This document shows positions 28,679 to 37,924 of a DNA stretch of 64,000 nucleotides, in pieces. Below the pieces are notes generated by a model. It was not told where the DNA came from and made no database searches. It worked only from the letters and a program-made list of their open reading frames with translations. The translations under genes and the position numbers were made by a program. The stretch is from Marispirochaeta sp. Its GTDB lineage: Bacteria > Spirochaetota > Spirochaetia > JC444 > Marispirochaetaceae. Each line of letters starts with the position of its first letter. The first letter of the stretch is position 1. The DNA is taken from assembly GCA_963676835.2 (NCBI GenBank), contig CAXXFF010000002.1, forward strand, positions 1,472,001 to 1,536,000, given 5' to 3'.

Positions 28679-30400
28679 TTATTCTGCTTCCAGGGGAATA
28701 AAGTCAAACCGGGTAACATCAAAAAGCCCCATGTCGGTGAGCTTCAGTTCCGGAATAACCGGCAGGGCCAGAAAAGAGAGGCTCATAAAGGGATCGATTT
28801 TCCTGCTTATGCCCAGTTTTTCCCAGGCGATCCGGTTTAATTCTGCCAGCTGCCGGTTTACTTCGTCCCCTGTCCGGTTGGACATGAGTCCACCAATGGG
28901 GAGTTCCAGTGTTCCTGCAATGGTGCCTCCGGAGGAAATGGTCATGCCTCCCTGACAGCGGATCAGCGCTTCTGCGGCAATCAGCATGTCTTCATCATTA
29001 TCCCCTATCACTATAAGATTGTGGGAGTCGTGAGCAATGGTTGTGGCCAGGGCACCGTTTTTCAACTGAAACCCTTCCACCAGTCCGAGGCCGATATTGC
29101 CGGTACCTTTATGCCGTTCTATTACCGCCAGTTTGGCGATATCCAGTTTGGGGCTGTAAACAAAGGCCCCGTCTTTAACTTCAACCTTGCGTACAGCTTT
29201 TTCCGTTATAAGAGAGCCCGGGTGCAGGTGAATTATATGGACCAGATCGCTTGTAAGGGGCAGCCGGAAACTCTCTCCGGCAAGCTCTTTTACCTGTACA
29301 CTGCCGGATACGGTACGTATATCCGGTTCTGATACTGAAAACAGGGGGGTGAGATTCTCTGCTGCCAGCTTGCCTTTCTTGTACACCTCCAGGGGGGTAA
29401 AGCTGCGGAGGTTATCTACCACCAGAATATCGGCATCGTAGCCGGGGGCCAGGGCTCCTTTCTGTTTGAGTCCGTAGCCTTCGGCGGCATTAATGGTTGC
29501 CATCTGAATTGCCGTCAGCGGGTCCAGCCCGTTTTCAATGGCAAGGCGCAGGTTGTGGTCTATATGGCCTTCGCTGAATATCTCTTCCGGCTGTTTGTCA
29601 TCGGTGCAGAAAGAGCAGCGCCGGGAGGTGCTGCCGTCCACCCCTTTGACCAGGGAGGAGAGGTTTCTTGCGGCAGAGCCTTCCCTGATAAGAACCCGCA
29701 TCCCGAGGCGAAGCCGTTCCCGCATCTCCTCCAGGGTGGAGCATTCATGGTCGGTTTCGATCCCTGCCGCTCTGTACGCCGAGAGAGCCTTCCCTTCCAG
29801 CATGGGGCTGTGTCCGTCTATGGGTTTTCCACGATCCGCTGCTATCGCAATTTTCTTAAGAGTTTCAGAGTCTCCATTAACCACCGACGGGTAGTCCATC
29901 ATCTCCCCAAGGCCAAGTACTGCTTCATCATCTATCAGCTCTGCAAGCAGTGTCGAATCCAGCACTGCTCCGGCATTTTCAAAGCCCGTGGCTGGTACGC
30001 AGGAAGGAAGCATAAAATAGACATTCAGGGGAAGGTTTCCGGAGGCGTTTATCATATAGCGGATGCCCGCCAGGCCGGCTACATTGGCAATTTCGTGGGG
30101 GTCGGCAATGACCGTGGTTGTTCCCCGGGGAACAACAATACGGGCAAACTGTTCCGGGGAAAGCAGGGAAGATTCAATGTGCACATGGCTGTCAATCAGT
30201 CCGGGAATAAGGTATTTGCCGTGAAGGTCCTTCTCTTCTTTCCCTTCGTAGGCGCCGATGCCGGCGATAACTCCCTGATCAACCGCAAGGCTCGCCTCTA
30301 TTGTTTCATGGGTAAAAACATTAACAATCAGTCCGTTTTTCAGCACCAGGTCCGCTTTCCTGCGTCCCATGGCCACATCGATCAGCCGTTTTCTGTCCAT
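28679..30400 (-). CDS. ade: Adenine deaminase
   Basis: PGLIDSHVHIESS, DPHEIANV, LGEMMD, DGHSP, TDHEC, REGSAA, CTDD, AHDSHN; start ATG 30400 with SD GAGGGGG. Confidence 0.96.
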   Translation of the reverse strand: MDRKRLIDVAMGRRKADLVLKNGLIVNVFTHETIEASLAVDQGVIAGIGAYEGKEEKDLHGKYLIPGLIDSHVHIESSLLSPEQFARIVVPRGTTTVIADPHEIANVAGLAGIRYMINASGNLPLNVYFMLPSCVPATGFENAGAVLDSTLLAELIDDEAVLGLGEMMDYPSVVNGDSETLKKIAIAADRGKPIDGHSPMLEGKALSAYRAAGIETDHECSTLEEMRERLRLGMRVLIREGSAARNLSSLVKGVDGSTSRRCSFCTDDKQPEEIFSEGHIDHNLRLAIENGLDPLTAIQMATINAAEGYGLKQKGALAPGYDADILVVDNLRSFTPLEVYKKGKLAAENLTPLFSVSEPDIRTVSGSVQVKELAGESFRLPLTSDLVHIIHLHPGSLITEKAVRKVEVKDGAFVYSPKLDIAKLAVIERHKGTGNIGLGLVEGFQLKNGALATTIAHDSHNLIVIGDNDEDMLIAAEALIRCQGGMTISSGGTIAGTLELPIGGLMSNRTGDEVNRQLAELNRIAWEKLGISRKIDPFMSLSFLALPVIPELKLTDMGLFDVTRFDFIPLEAE

Positions 30401-30455
30401 GCTGCGCCCCCTCTGTCTTATATTAAGGATACTTCTCTCTTTCATGCTGCGCAAT

Positions 30456-30510
30456 AAAAAAGCCCTTCCGGTAACCGGGAAGAGGCGGCTTGATCAAACG
30501 GGAAGGTTTG
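30456..30510 (-). terminator. Intrinsic terminator-like hairpin within the ade 5' leader (candidate attenuator)
   Basis: Minus strand GCCTCTTCCCGG-TTA-CCGGAAGGGC-T6, preceded by hairpin CAAAC-CTTCCC-GTTTG. Confidence 0.55.
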
Positions 30511-30537
30511 CAAAGTTATAACTACTTATTTGAGCCC

Positions 30538-30574
30538 CTATTCAGCCTCTATTCAGTCTCTATTCAGTCTCTAT
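30538..30574. repeat. 11-bp tandem repeat CTATTCAGYCT x3 plus a partial fourth unit
   Basis: ctattcagcct ctattcagtct ctattcagtct ctat; extra CTATTCAG at 30753-30760. Confidence 0.85.
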
Positions 30575-30593
30575 AGGGAGGGAAAAGCCTGAG

Positions 30594-30627
30594 AAAACTT
30601 GACAGCTTTTCTGTCGAGTTTTACTAT
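30594..30627 (+). promoter_or_regulatory. sigma70 promoter of purine catabolic operon with overlapping palindromic operator
   Basis: TTGACA-N17-TACTAT (30599-30627); AAAACTTGACAG-N5-CTGTCGAGTTTT inverted repeat (11/12). Confidence 0.65.
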
Positions 30628-30800
30628 GATTTTAAAAGGTTCTGCGGGAACACGATAAAGTTAAGCTGTCACGTGCAGTTGAACTGATTTTTCCTATTCT
30701 TTTTTTCAGGTTAAACCCAAAAAGAGTAGCTTTATCTGTATTTACAGATTGGCTATTCAGATCAGTTCTCTACTGTATGGAACTGTTAAAGGGGTGTCGT

Positions 30801-32162
30801 ATGATCGTAAAAAACGGTCTTGTCGCTTTCTCCGGGGAAGATGAGTTTCTCCAGAAAGATCTCCGCCTGGAAAACGGGAAGATTGCAGAAATCGGCCGGG
30901 ATCTCACCGGGCCCGATATTATTGACGCTTCAGGTATGCATGTTCTCCCCGGAGGCATCGATCCTCATGTTCACTTTTACGATCCCGGATATACAGAAAA
31001 GGAAGATTTTCTCCACGGTACCGCCGCTGCAGCTTCCGGCGGAATTACCACAATTATTGATATGCCCTGCACCTCGGTTCCGCCGGTTACCGATGCAGCA
31101 AGTCTAAAAAACAAACTCGAAATTGTGCAGCCCAAGGCTCACATTGACTTTGCCTTTTTCGGTGGAGTATCACGGCAGCTTTTTGATTCCGGATACGAAG
31201 CAGCCATGGCTTCCATCAGCCGTGATGTCATGGGCTATAAGGTATACTCAGTCTCCGGTATGGAAGATGTCTGGGGGGCCCTGGATCATTTCCGTTTCCG
31301 TAAAGTACTTGAGACTGCCAGAGATTTAGGCGTTATTATTCTTCTCCACGCTGAAGATGCGGAGTATGTGGACAATGCTTCTGAGTATTATAAGAAGGAA
31401 GGAACCTCTGCCCGTCAATGGTACGATGCCCGGCCCGAACTTGCTGAAGTTCTTGCGGTTTCCAGTGCAGCCCGGATTCTTAAGGAAACCGGCGGGAACC
31501 TGCATATCGTACATATCGGTTCCGCGGAAGCGGCGGCAATGCTGAACACCTTTCGTCCCGGAGATAAAGAGGCTGTGCTTACCGGGGAAACCTGCCCCCA
31601 GTATCTTGCTTTTAATCTTGATGATTTTCTGGCTCAGGGAGCGGCTCTGAAAATATCTCCTCCCATAAAACCCGATGGTAACCAGCGGCAGCTGCACGCA
31701 TTTCTGAAAGACGGCACGCTCTCCTTTGTTACCTCCGATCATGCTCCGGGAACAAAAGAAGAGAAGGCTCCCGGTGACATCTGGTGCAATTCCGCCGGCA
31801 TCGCAGGCACGGGGACCATTCTTCCCTATCTCTACTCAGAGCTTTTTACTGCAGGGGAACTGCGGCTTTCCCGCTTTCTGGAGATAATCAGCGAGGGAGC
31901 CGCAAAGCGGTACCGTTTTTTTGACCGCAAGGGATCAATCGAAATCGGCAAGGATGCTGATCTTGTCATGATCGATCCGAATAAGAACTGGACAGTACAG
32001 GGAGAAGATTTTCTTTCCAAAGGAAAAATTACTCCCTTTGAAGGCACCGTTTTCCGGGGCAGGGTGGAAAAGACCCTGGTTCGGGGAAAGGTTGTCTATG
32101 ACCGCAGTAAGAACAGTGCTTTACATCAGGGCTGGGGCAGCTTTATCCGGCCCGCGAACTGA
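30801..32162 (+). CDS. Cyclic amidohydrolase, allantoinase/dihydroorotase-like
   Basis: PGGIDPHVH, TAAAASGGITTIIDMP, HAED, HIVH, ETCPQYL, SDHAP; start ATG 30801. Confidence 0.88.
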   Translation: MIVKNGLVAFSGEDEFLQKDLRLENGKIAEIGRDLTGPDIIDASGMHVLPGGIDPHVHFYDPGYTEKEDFLHGTAAAASGGITTIIDMPCTSVPPVTDAASLKNKLEIVQPKAHIDFAFFGGVSRQLFDSGYEAAMASISRDVMGYKVYSVSGMEDVWGALDHFRFRKVLETARDLGVIILLHAEDAEYVDNASEYYKKEGTSARQWYDARPELAEVLAVSSAARILKETGGNLHIVHIGSAEAAAMLNTFRPGDKEAVLTGETCPQYLAFNLDDFLAQGAALKISPPIKPDGNQRQLHAFLKDGTLSFVTSDHAPGTKEEKAPGDIWCNSAGIAGTGTILPYLYSELFTAGELRLSRFLEIISEGAAKRYRFFDRKGSIEIGKDADLVMIDPNKNWTVQGEDFLSKGKITPFEGTVFRGRVEKTLVRGKVVYDRSKNSALHQGWGSFIRPAN

Positions 32163-32177
32163 ATATAAGGAGATTTT

Positions 32178-35100
32178 ATGGGCGACAAGATGCGCTTGAT
32201 ACCCTTTGCAGAACTTCTGGAACGCATTTTCGAGGAATACCGTACCTCCCGTTCCATCTTTGATATTCCCGAGAGTTCCTGGTACCGCAAAACAGGCGAT
32301 CGGAAGATACAGATATTCGGTGAATCATGCGCAACCGCTCTGGGGCCCGCTGCGGGACCTCATACCCAGCTGGCGGGGAATATCTTCAGTTCCTATCTTA
32401 CGGGAAGCCGTTTTATAGAGCTCAAGACCGTTCAGATACTGGATTCTCTGGAGATTGAAAAACCCTGTATCGATGCCGCCGATGAGGGATACAACACTGA
32501 GTGGAGTACCGAACTTGCTCTGGAAGAGGCCTGGCGGGAGTATGCCAGGGCATGGGTTCTGCTTCATCTGGCGGATTATCTGTTTGATCTTAACGGCTCC
32601 TTCAAGGGGCGGTCTTTTATTTTCAACATGAGTGTGGGTTATGATATGGCGGGCATAAAAACCGAACCCATGCAGCGCTATATAGCCCGGATGAAGGATT
32701 CTTCCGGGGAGCCGCTTCTTGCAGAGTGGATTCAGGAAGTACGGGATCTGGTCCCGGGACTTATTGCAGGAACTTCACTGGAAGCAAAGGCCGAGGGGCT
32801 TGCCGGGTTTACTGTTCCCGGGGAAATCTTCCGCTCTGTTACCCTTTCCACCATGCACGGCTGTCCGCCTGATGAGATTGAAGCCATCTGCGCCTACATG
32901 CTTACGGAACAGAAACTGGATACCTATGTTAAACTGAATCCTACCCTGCTGGGGTTTGATACGGTAAAAGAGATACTCTCCGGACTCGGTTACGGTTATG
33001 TTGAACTGAACCGGGAGAGCTTCAGCCATGATCTCCAGTATGACCGTGCCCTGAGTATCCTGAACAGCCTTCGGGATCTTGCACAGAAAGAGGGCAGGCA
33101 GTTCGGCGTTAAGCTCACCAATACCCTGGCCAACCGCAATATCCGCGGGGTGCTGCCCGGGGATGAGATGTACCTCTCCGGCAGAGCCCTTTTCCCGCTT
33201 TCTATTACCCTTGCGGCCAGACTCTCTGAAGAATTTGACGGAACCCTGCCTATTTCCTATTCCGGCGGAATTACCGCTGCCAACGCAGAGGCTGTATTTA
33301 AAACCGGTATCCGGCCGGTGACCCTCGCGACTGATATGCTCAAACCCGGGGGCTATATGCGTCAGGGCCAGATAGCAGACCTGCTGGACGAAATGACCGA
33401 TGCCGACTGGAAACGGGGTGCCATTGATGTTCAGGCACTCTCCTCTCTTGCTGTGGCATCAAAGAAAGACCGGACTCTGCATAAGGATTTCCGGGGCACC
33501 GATGAAGTTTATAACCCGGGGGAACTTCCCCTTACCGACTGCTATGTCGCCCCCTGTGTTACCGCCTGTGCCATAAATCAGCATATCCCCGAGTATATCC
33601 GGCTGGTTGGAGAAGGCCGCTATGGTGAAGCCCTGGAGTGTATCTATGAGCGCAACGCCCTTCCTTCAATAACCGGAAACATCTGTGATCATCAATGTCA
33701 GCTGGTCTGCACTAGGCTGGACTATGAGGGCTGTCTGAATATCCGGGAAATCAAAAAGATTGCTGTGGAAAAAGGATCCGAGGAATTCCGGCGCCGCTGG
33801 ATACGTCCCGAGGTGAAACATAAAGAGCGGATTGCCGTAATCGGAGCAGGTCCTGCCGGTCTTTCCGCCGCCTATTTCCTGGCCAGGGAAGGATTTTCCG
33901 TAACCGTCCTGGAGCGGGAAGCCGACGCCGGCGGGGTTGTCCGCTATGTTGTGCCCTGGTTCCGTATAAGCCGGGAGGCCATAGACCGGGATATCGATTT
34001 TATCCGGGATCACGGGGTTGAGTTCCGCTTCGGCGTTGATGAGAAAATAGATATTCCTTCCCTTGAGGCGGAGGGATTCAGTTATATTGTGCTTGGACTG
34101 GGTACCTACAGAACCAGGAAGCTTCCCATAGAGGGGGATAACCGGAAGGTATATCCTTCCCTCTCCTTTCTTACCCAGTTTAACCGGGACGCCTCAAAGC
34201 TCGATATGGGCCGCAGGGTTGTTGTTATCGGCGCCGGGGATACTGCCATGGACTGTGCCCGGTCTGCTTTGCGCTGCCGGGGCGTGGAAGAGGTCTCTAT
34301 TGTCTACCGCAGAGCCTTTGAGCAGATGCCTGCCAGCCGTGAAGAGTACGAGTATGCCCAGGAAGATCAGGTGGGATTCCGCTGGCTGCGGAATCCTGAA
34401 CGCTTCGATTCAGACGGAACCCTTACATTGAGGGTTATGGAGCTCGGTGAGCCGGATTCATCCGGACGCCGGCGCCCGGTACCGACAGAAAAAACCGAAA
34501 GCCTTGCAGTAGACAGTATTGTCTATGCCATCGGCGATGATCCGGATGCGGAAACACTGAAAAGTGCCGGTCTGGAGCCCGATCCCTCCGGTATGGTTGA
34601 AACCGCAGAGGGAGGAGAAACCGGCCTTAAAGGTGTTTTCCTTATCGGTGACAGCCGTACCGGAGCGTCTACCATTGTAAACTGTATATCCGAAGGTCGG
34701 CGGGCTGCGGATGTAATCTGCCGTAAAGCGGACAGCGAGTGGGAACGCAGAGAAATGATCCCCTTTATGGATCCTGCAGAACGGCAGGAGGATATTCGGG
34801 TCAAGAAGGGCTCTCTTTCGCAGCAACCGGATCCCCGGTCCAGCTATGAGGTCCCCGAGTTTGCCGCCCGGGAGAAATCCCGCTGCCTTGAATGTGATTT
34901 TATCTGCAATAAATGCGTGGATGTCTGTCCTAACCGGGCCAATATTACCGTTGCTACCGAAGATCATCCCCTGTTTGCCGATCCTTTTCAGATTGTCCAT
35001 GTGGATGCCTACTGTAACGAGTGCGGCAACTGCGGGCATTTCTGTCCCTGGGAGGGACGGCCTTACATGGATAAGCCCACTGTGTTCAGCACGGAAGAGG

Positions 35101-35321
35101 ATTTTCGTAACAGTACCAACCCCGGCTGGCTCTGGATAGGTGAAGATCTGCAGGTCCGCTTTGACGGCGAGGAAGAGAAGCTCAGTCTTGAACAGGCTGA
35201 AAAGGAAGCTTCTGCAGATACCGACCGGGGAAGATTCTTCTCACTTTTTACTATTCTGAAAAGCTCAAGGCCCCATCTGTTCGGGCCGGTTGAGCCTGCT
35301 GTACCGGGAGTTCCAAGATGA
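32178..35321 (+). CDS. ygfK: YgfK-family Fe-S flavoprotein oxidoreductase
   Basis: GPAAGPHTQ, SRFIELKTVQ, TLSTMHGCPP, GAGPAG FAD/NAD motifs, C-terminal 4Fe-4S CxxCxxC clusters. Confidence 0.93.
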   Translation: MGDKMRLIPFAELLERIFEEYRTSRSIFDIPESSWYRKTGDRKIQIFGESCATALGPAAGPHTQLAGNIFSSYLTGSRFIELKTVQILDSLEIEKPCIDAADEGYNTEWSTELALEEAWREYARAWVLLHLADYLFDLNGSFKGRSFIFNMSVGYDMAGIKTEPMQRYIARMKDSSGEPLLAEWIQEVRDLVPGLIAGTSLEAKAEGLAGFTVPGEIFRSVTLSTMHGCPPDEIEAICAYMLTEQKLDTYVKLNPTLLGFDTVKEILSGLGYGYVELNRESFSHDLQYDRALSILNSLRDLAQKEGRQFGVKLTNTLANRNIRGVLPGDEMYLSGRALFPLSITLAARLSEEFDGTLPISYSGGITAANAEAVFKTGIRPVTLATDMLKPGGYMRQGQIADLLDEMTDADWKRGAIDVQALSSLAVASKKDRTLHKDFRGTDEVYNPGELPLTDCYVAPCVTACAINQHIPEYIRLVGEGRYGEALECIYERNALPSITGNICDHQCQLVCTRLDYEGCLNIREIKKIAVEKGSEEFRRRWIRPEVKHKERIAVIGAGPAGLSAAYFLAREGFSVTVLEREADAGGVVRYVVPWFRISREAIDRDIDFIRDHGVEFRFGVDEKIDIPSLEAEGFSYIVLGLGTYRTRKLPIEGDNRKVYPSLSFLTQFNRDASKLDMGRRVVVIGAGDTAMDCARSALRCRGVEEVSIVYRRAFEQMPASREEYEYAQEDQVGFRWLRNPERFDSDGTLTLRVMELGEPDSSGRRRPVPTEKTESLAVDSIVYAIGDDPDAETLKSAGLEPDPSGMVETAEGGETGLKGVFLIGDSRTGASTIVNCISEGRRAADVICRKADSEWERREMIPFMDPAERQEDIRVKKGSLSQQPDPRSSYEVPEFAAREKSRCLECDFICNKCVDVCPNRANITVATEDHPLFADPFQIVHVDAYCNECGNCGHFCPWEGRPYMDKPTVFSTEEDFRNSTNPGWLWIGEDLQVRFDGEEEKLSLEQAEKEASADTDRGRFFSLFTILKSSRPHLFGPVEPAVPGVPR

Positions 35322-36643
35322 GACTGTTAAAGAATGCCCTGCTGGTGGAGTTTGATCCTCCCCGTATCCGTGAAGGTGAAGATGTGCTGGTTGATGGTGA
35401 CCGGATTGTTAAGGTCGGGCCATCGCTTTCTGAAGACGGGGTTGAAAAAACCGTCGACTGTACCGGCAAGCTGCTGTTTCCGGGGATTGTCTGCAGCCAC
35501 AACCATTTCTATTCCGGCCTTTCCAGGGGCATTATGGCGGATATCGGGCCCACCCCGGATTTCGTCTCTGTCCTGAAGCAGCTCTGGTGGCGTCTCGACC
35601 GGGGCATAGATGAGCCCATCCTTAAAGCATCGGGGATGATCTGTTCTCTTGATGCCATCAGAAACGGAACCACTGCGGTTATCGATCATCATGCCAGTCC
35701 TGATTTTATCTCCGGTTCCCTGTCGGTGCTGAAACGCGCCTTTGAAGAGACAGGCCTGAGGGGAGCAACCTGCTACGAGGTGACTGACAGGCACGGACCT
35801 GATGCAATGCTTGAAGGGATAGAAGAAAACCGCCGCTTTGCTGAACAGATTGATGAAGAAAAAAAAGCAGGAACATGGTCGGGGCTTACAGAGGCTCATG
35901 TCGGTGGTCATGCTCCCTGTACGCTCCCCGATGAGGGGCTGAAAAGGATTGCCGATGTCTGCAGTTCCAGCGGCCGGGGTTTTCATTGCCATGTGGCAGA
36001 GGACCGCTGGGATGTTTCCCATTCACATATAAATTACAGCAAAGATATTGCCTTTCGGCTTGATGATTTCGGACTGCTGACGGATAAGACCCTGCTTGTA
36101 CACGGGGTGTTTCTGAATGATCAGGAAGTTGATTTGATTAACGAAAAAGGAAGCTTTCTTGTTCACAACAGCCGGTCAAATATGAATAACGGTGTGGGCT
36201 ATAACAGCCGCCTGCCGCTGTATAAGAATCTCGCCCTTGGTACCGACGGTATTGGATCGGATATGATCAGCGAGATTCAGACAGCTTATTTCAAGCATAA
36301 GGATGCCGGCGGTGCCTGGTGGCCTGGAGATTTTCTTTCCGCCCTGGCAGCGGGAAACCGGATACTGGAACAGGTCTACCGCAGGCCCTTCGGCCGGCTG
36401 GAGTCCGGCTATGCTGCCGATCTTGTGATTGCGGATTATCAGGCCCCCACACCGCTTGCCCCGGAAAACCTTGCAGGACACATGGTCTTCGGCATGGGAT
36501 CTGGCATGGTGGAATCGGTCATTATCGGAGGCCGCTTTGTCATGGAGAACCGGAAATTTCCCATGTATGTAAGCGGTATTTATGAAGACGCCCGTATTCA
36601 GGCTTCACGGCTTTGGGAACGGATGAACTCAATAGAAGCGTAA
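35318..36643 (+). CDS. ssnA: SsnA-family amidohydrolase
   Basis: PGIVCSHNHFYSGLSRG, LWWRLDR, IDHHAS, HVAED, SNMNNGVG; follows ygfK as in E. coli. Confidence 0.92.
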   Translation: MRLLKNALLVEFDPPRIREGEDVLVDGDRIVKVGPSLSEDGVEKTVDCTGKLLFPGIVCSHNHFYSGLSRGIMADIGPTPDFVSVLKQLWWRLDRGIDEPILKASGMICSLDAIRNGTTAVIDHHASPDFISGSLSVLKRAFEETGLRGATCYEVTDRHGPDAMLEGIEENRRFAEQIDEEKKAGTWSGLTEAHVGGHAPCTLPDEGLKRIADVCSSSGRGFHCHVAEDRWDVSHSHINYSKDIAFRLDDFGLLTDKTLLVHGVFLNDQEVDLINEKGSFLVHNSRSNMNNGVGYNSRLPLYKNLALGTDGIGSDMISEIQTAYFKHKDAGGAWWPGDFLSALAAGNRILEQVYRRPFGRLESGYAADLVIADYQAPTPLAPENLAGHMVFGMGSGMVESVIIGGRFVMENRKFPMYVSGIYEDARIQASRLWERMNSIEA

Positions 36644-36700
36644 ATATAGAAGCCTGAGGGCTTATAAAAAGAGAAAATACAAGAGAAACAGGAGTTGGAT

Positions 36701-37924
36701 ATGAAGAACGCGGAAAAGATACTTAAACTTGCAGAAACTTACAGAGATGATACAGCAGAGCTCTTGAGCGAACTGATTAAGATAAAATCTTACAGCTCTC
36801 AGGAAGAGGATATCTGCCTGCGACTGCGGGAAATCTGCGGCACCCTCGGCTTCGATGAAGTCAGGATAGACGGTCTGGGAAGTGTACTTGCCAGAATAGG
36901 TTCCGGCCCCCGGGTAATAGCCTTTGACGCTCATATTGATACCGTAGAAGTCGGTAACCCTTCTATCTGGGAAAAGGATCCTTTCTCCGGAGAGATTTCC
37001 GACGGCTATGTTTACGGCCGGGGTGCTTCCGATCAGAAAGGCGGAGCTGCTGCCATGCTTACCGCAGGGCGGATACTCAAGGAACTTGCCTACGATGGTG
37101 ATTTCAGTGTCTGGTTCAGTTTTACCGTTATGGAAGAGGACTGCGACGGTATGTGCTGGAAATACCTCATTGAAGAGGAAAACTTCAAGCCTGAGTTCAT
37201 TGTCTCCACCGAACCCACAAGCTGCCGTATCTACCGGGGACACCGGGGCCGGATGGAAATGGTTGCCCGGATGAAGGGGGTTTCAGCCCATGGTTCTGCT
37301 CCGGAACGGGGAGTAAGTGCTGCTTACAAAGCAAGCCGGGTTGCTCTTGCAATAGAGGAGCTGAATGAGTCGCTTAAACCGGATGACGACAATTTCCTGG
37401 GCAAGGGAACTATTGTTGTGAGCCAGATGGATGTCCGCGGACCCTCCCAGTGTGCGGTACCCGATCAGGCAATGCTGTATATGGACCGCCGCCTTACCTG
37501 GGGAGAGGACAAGGAACTCGCTATCCGTCAGGTGAAAGAGGCGGCTGCAAAGGCTATTGGCGAAGACGAATCAGCCATAGAGGTTACCATGCCGGATTAT
37601 GCCAAGCGGGGCTGGAAGGATATGGATTATTCCCAGGAGCTTTATTTTCCCACCTGGAAAATCGATGAAGATCATCCCCTGGTGCAGGGGGCCCGTAAGG
37701 CATACAAGAAACTCTGGAGTAAAGAGCCGGTCATCGATAAATGGACCTTCAGTACAAACCTGGTTGCTTCCACGGGGCGTCATAAAATTCCCGCCATCGG
37801 CTTTGGCCCGGGGGATGAAAATCAGGCCCATGCTCCCAATGAGAGAACCCGGGTGGCGGATCTTGAGGTCTGCTCTGCATTCTACGCCATGCTGCCCTTT
37901 ATGCTGGAGGAGCAGAAGGGCTGA
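36701..37924 (+). CDS. ygeY: YgeY-family M20 hydrolase
   Basis: FDAHIDTV, GRGASDQKGG, EEDCDG, RGHRGRME, DKWTFSTN, AHAPNE; SD AGGAG. Confidence 0.93.
   Translation: MKNAEKILKLAETYRDDTAELLSELIKIKSYSSQEEDICLRLREICGTLGFDEVRIDGLGSVLARIGSGPRVIAFDAHIDTVEVGNPSIWEKDPFSGEISDGYVYGRGASDQKGGAAAMLTAGRILKELAYDGDFSVWFSFTVMEEDCDGMCWKYLIEEENFKPEFIVSTEPTSCRIYRGHRGRMEMVARMKGVSAHGSAPERGVSAAYKASRVALAIEELNESLKPDDDNFLGKGTIVVSQMDVRGPSQCAVPDQAMLYMDRRLTWGEDKELAIRQVKEAAAKAIGEDESAIEVTMPDYAKRGWKDMDYSQELYFPTWKIDEDHPLVQGARKAYKKLWSKEPVIDKWTFSTNLVASTGRHKIPAIGFGPGDENQAHAPNERTRVADLEVCSAFYAMLPFMLEEQKG

Noticed and set aside
30538..30574. CRISPR array
   Set aside because: 11-bp tandem units with no spacers and no cas genes
30420..30800. 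Canonical purine, xanthine (NMT1), Moco or PyrR-type leader
   Set aside because: Consensus motifs were not found by eye on either strand; kept only as an unclassified candidate
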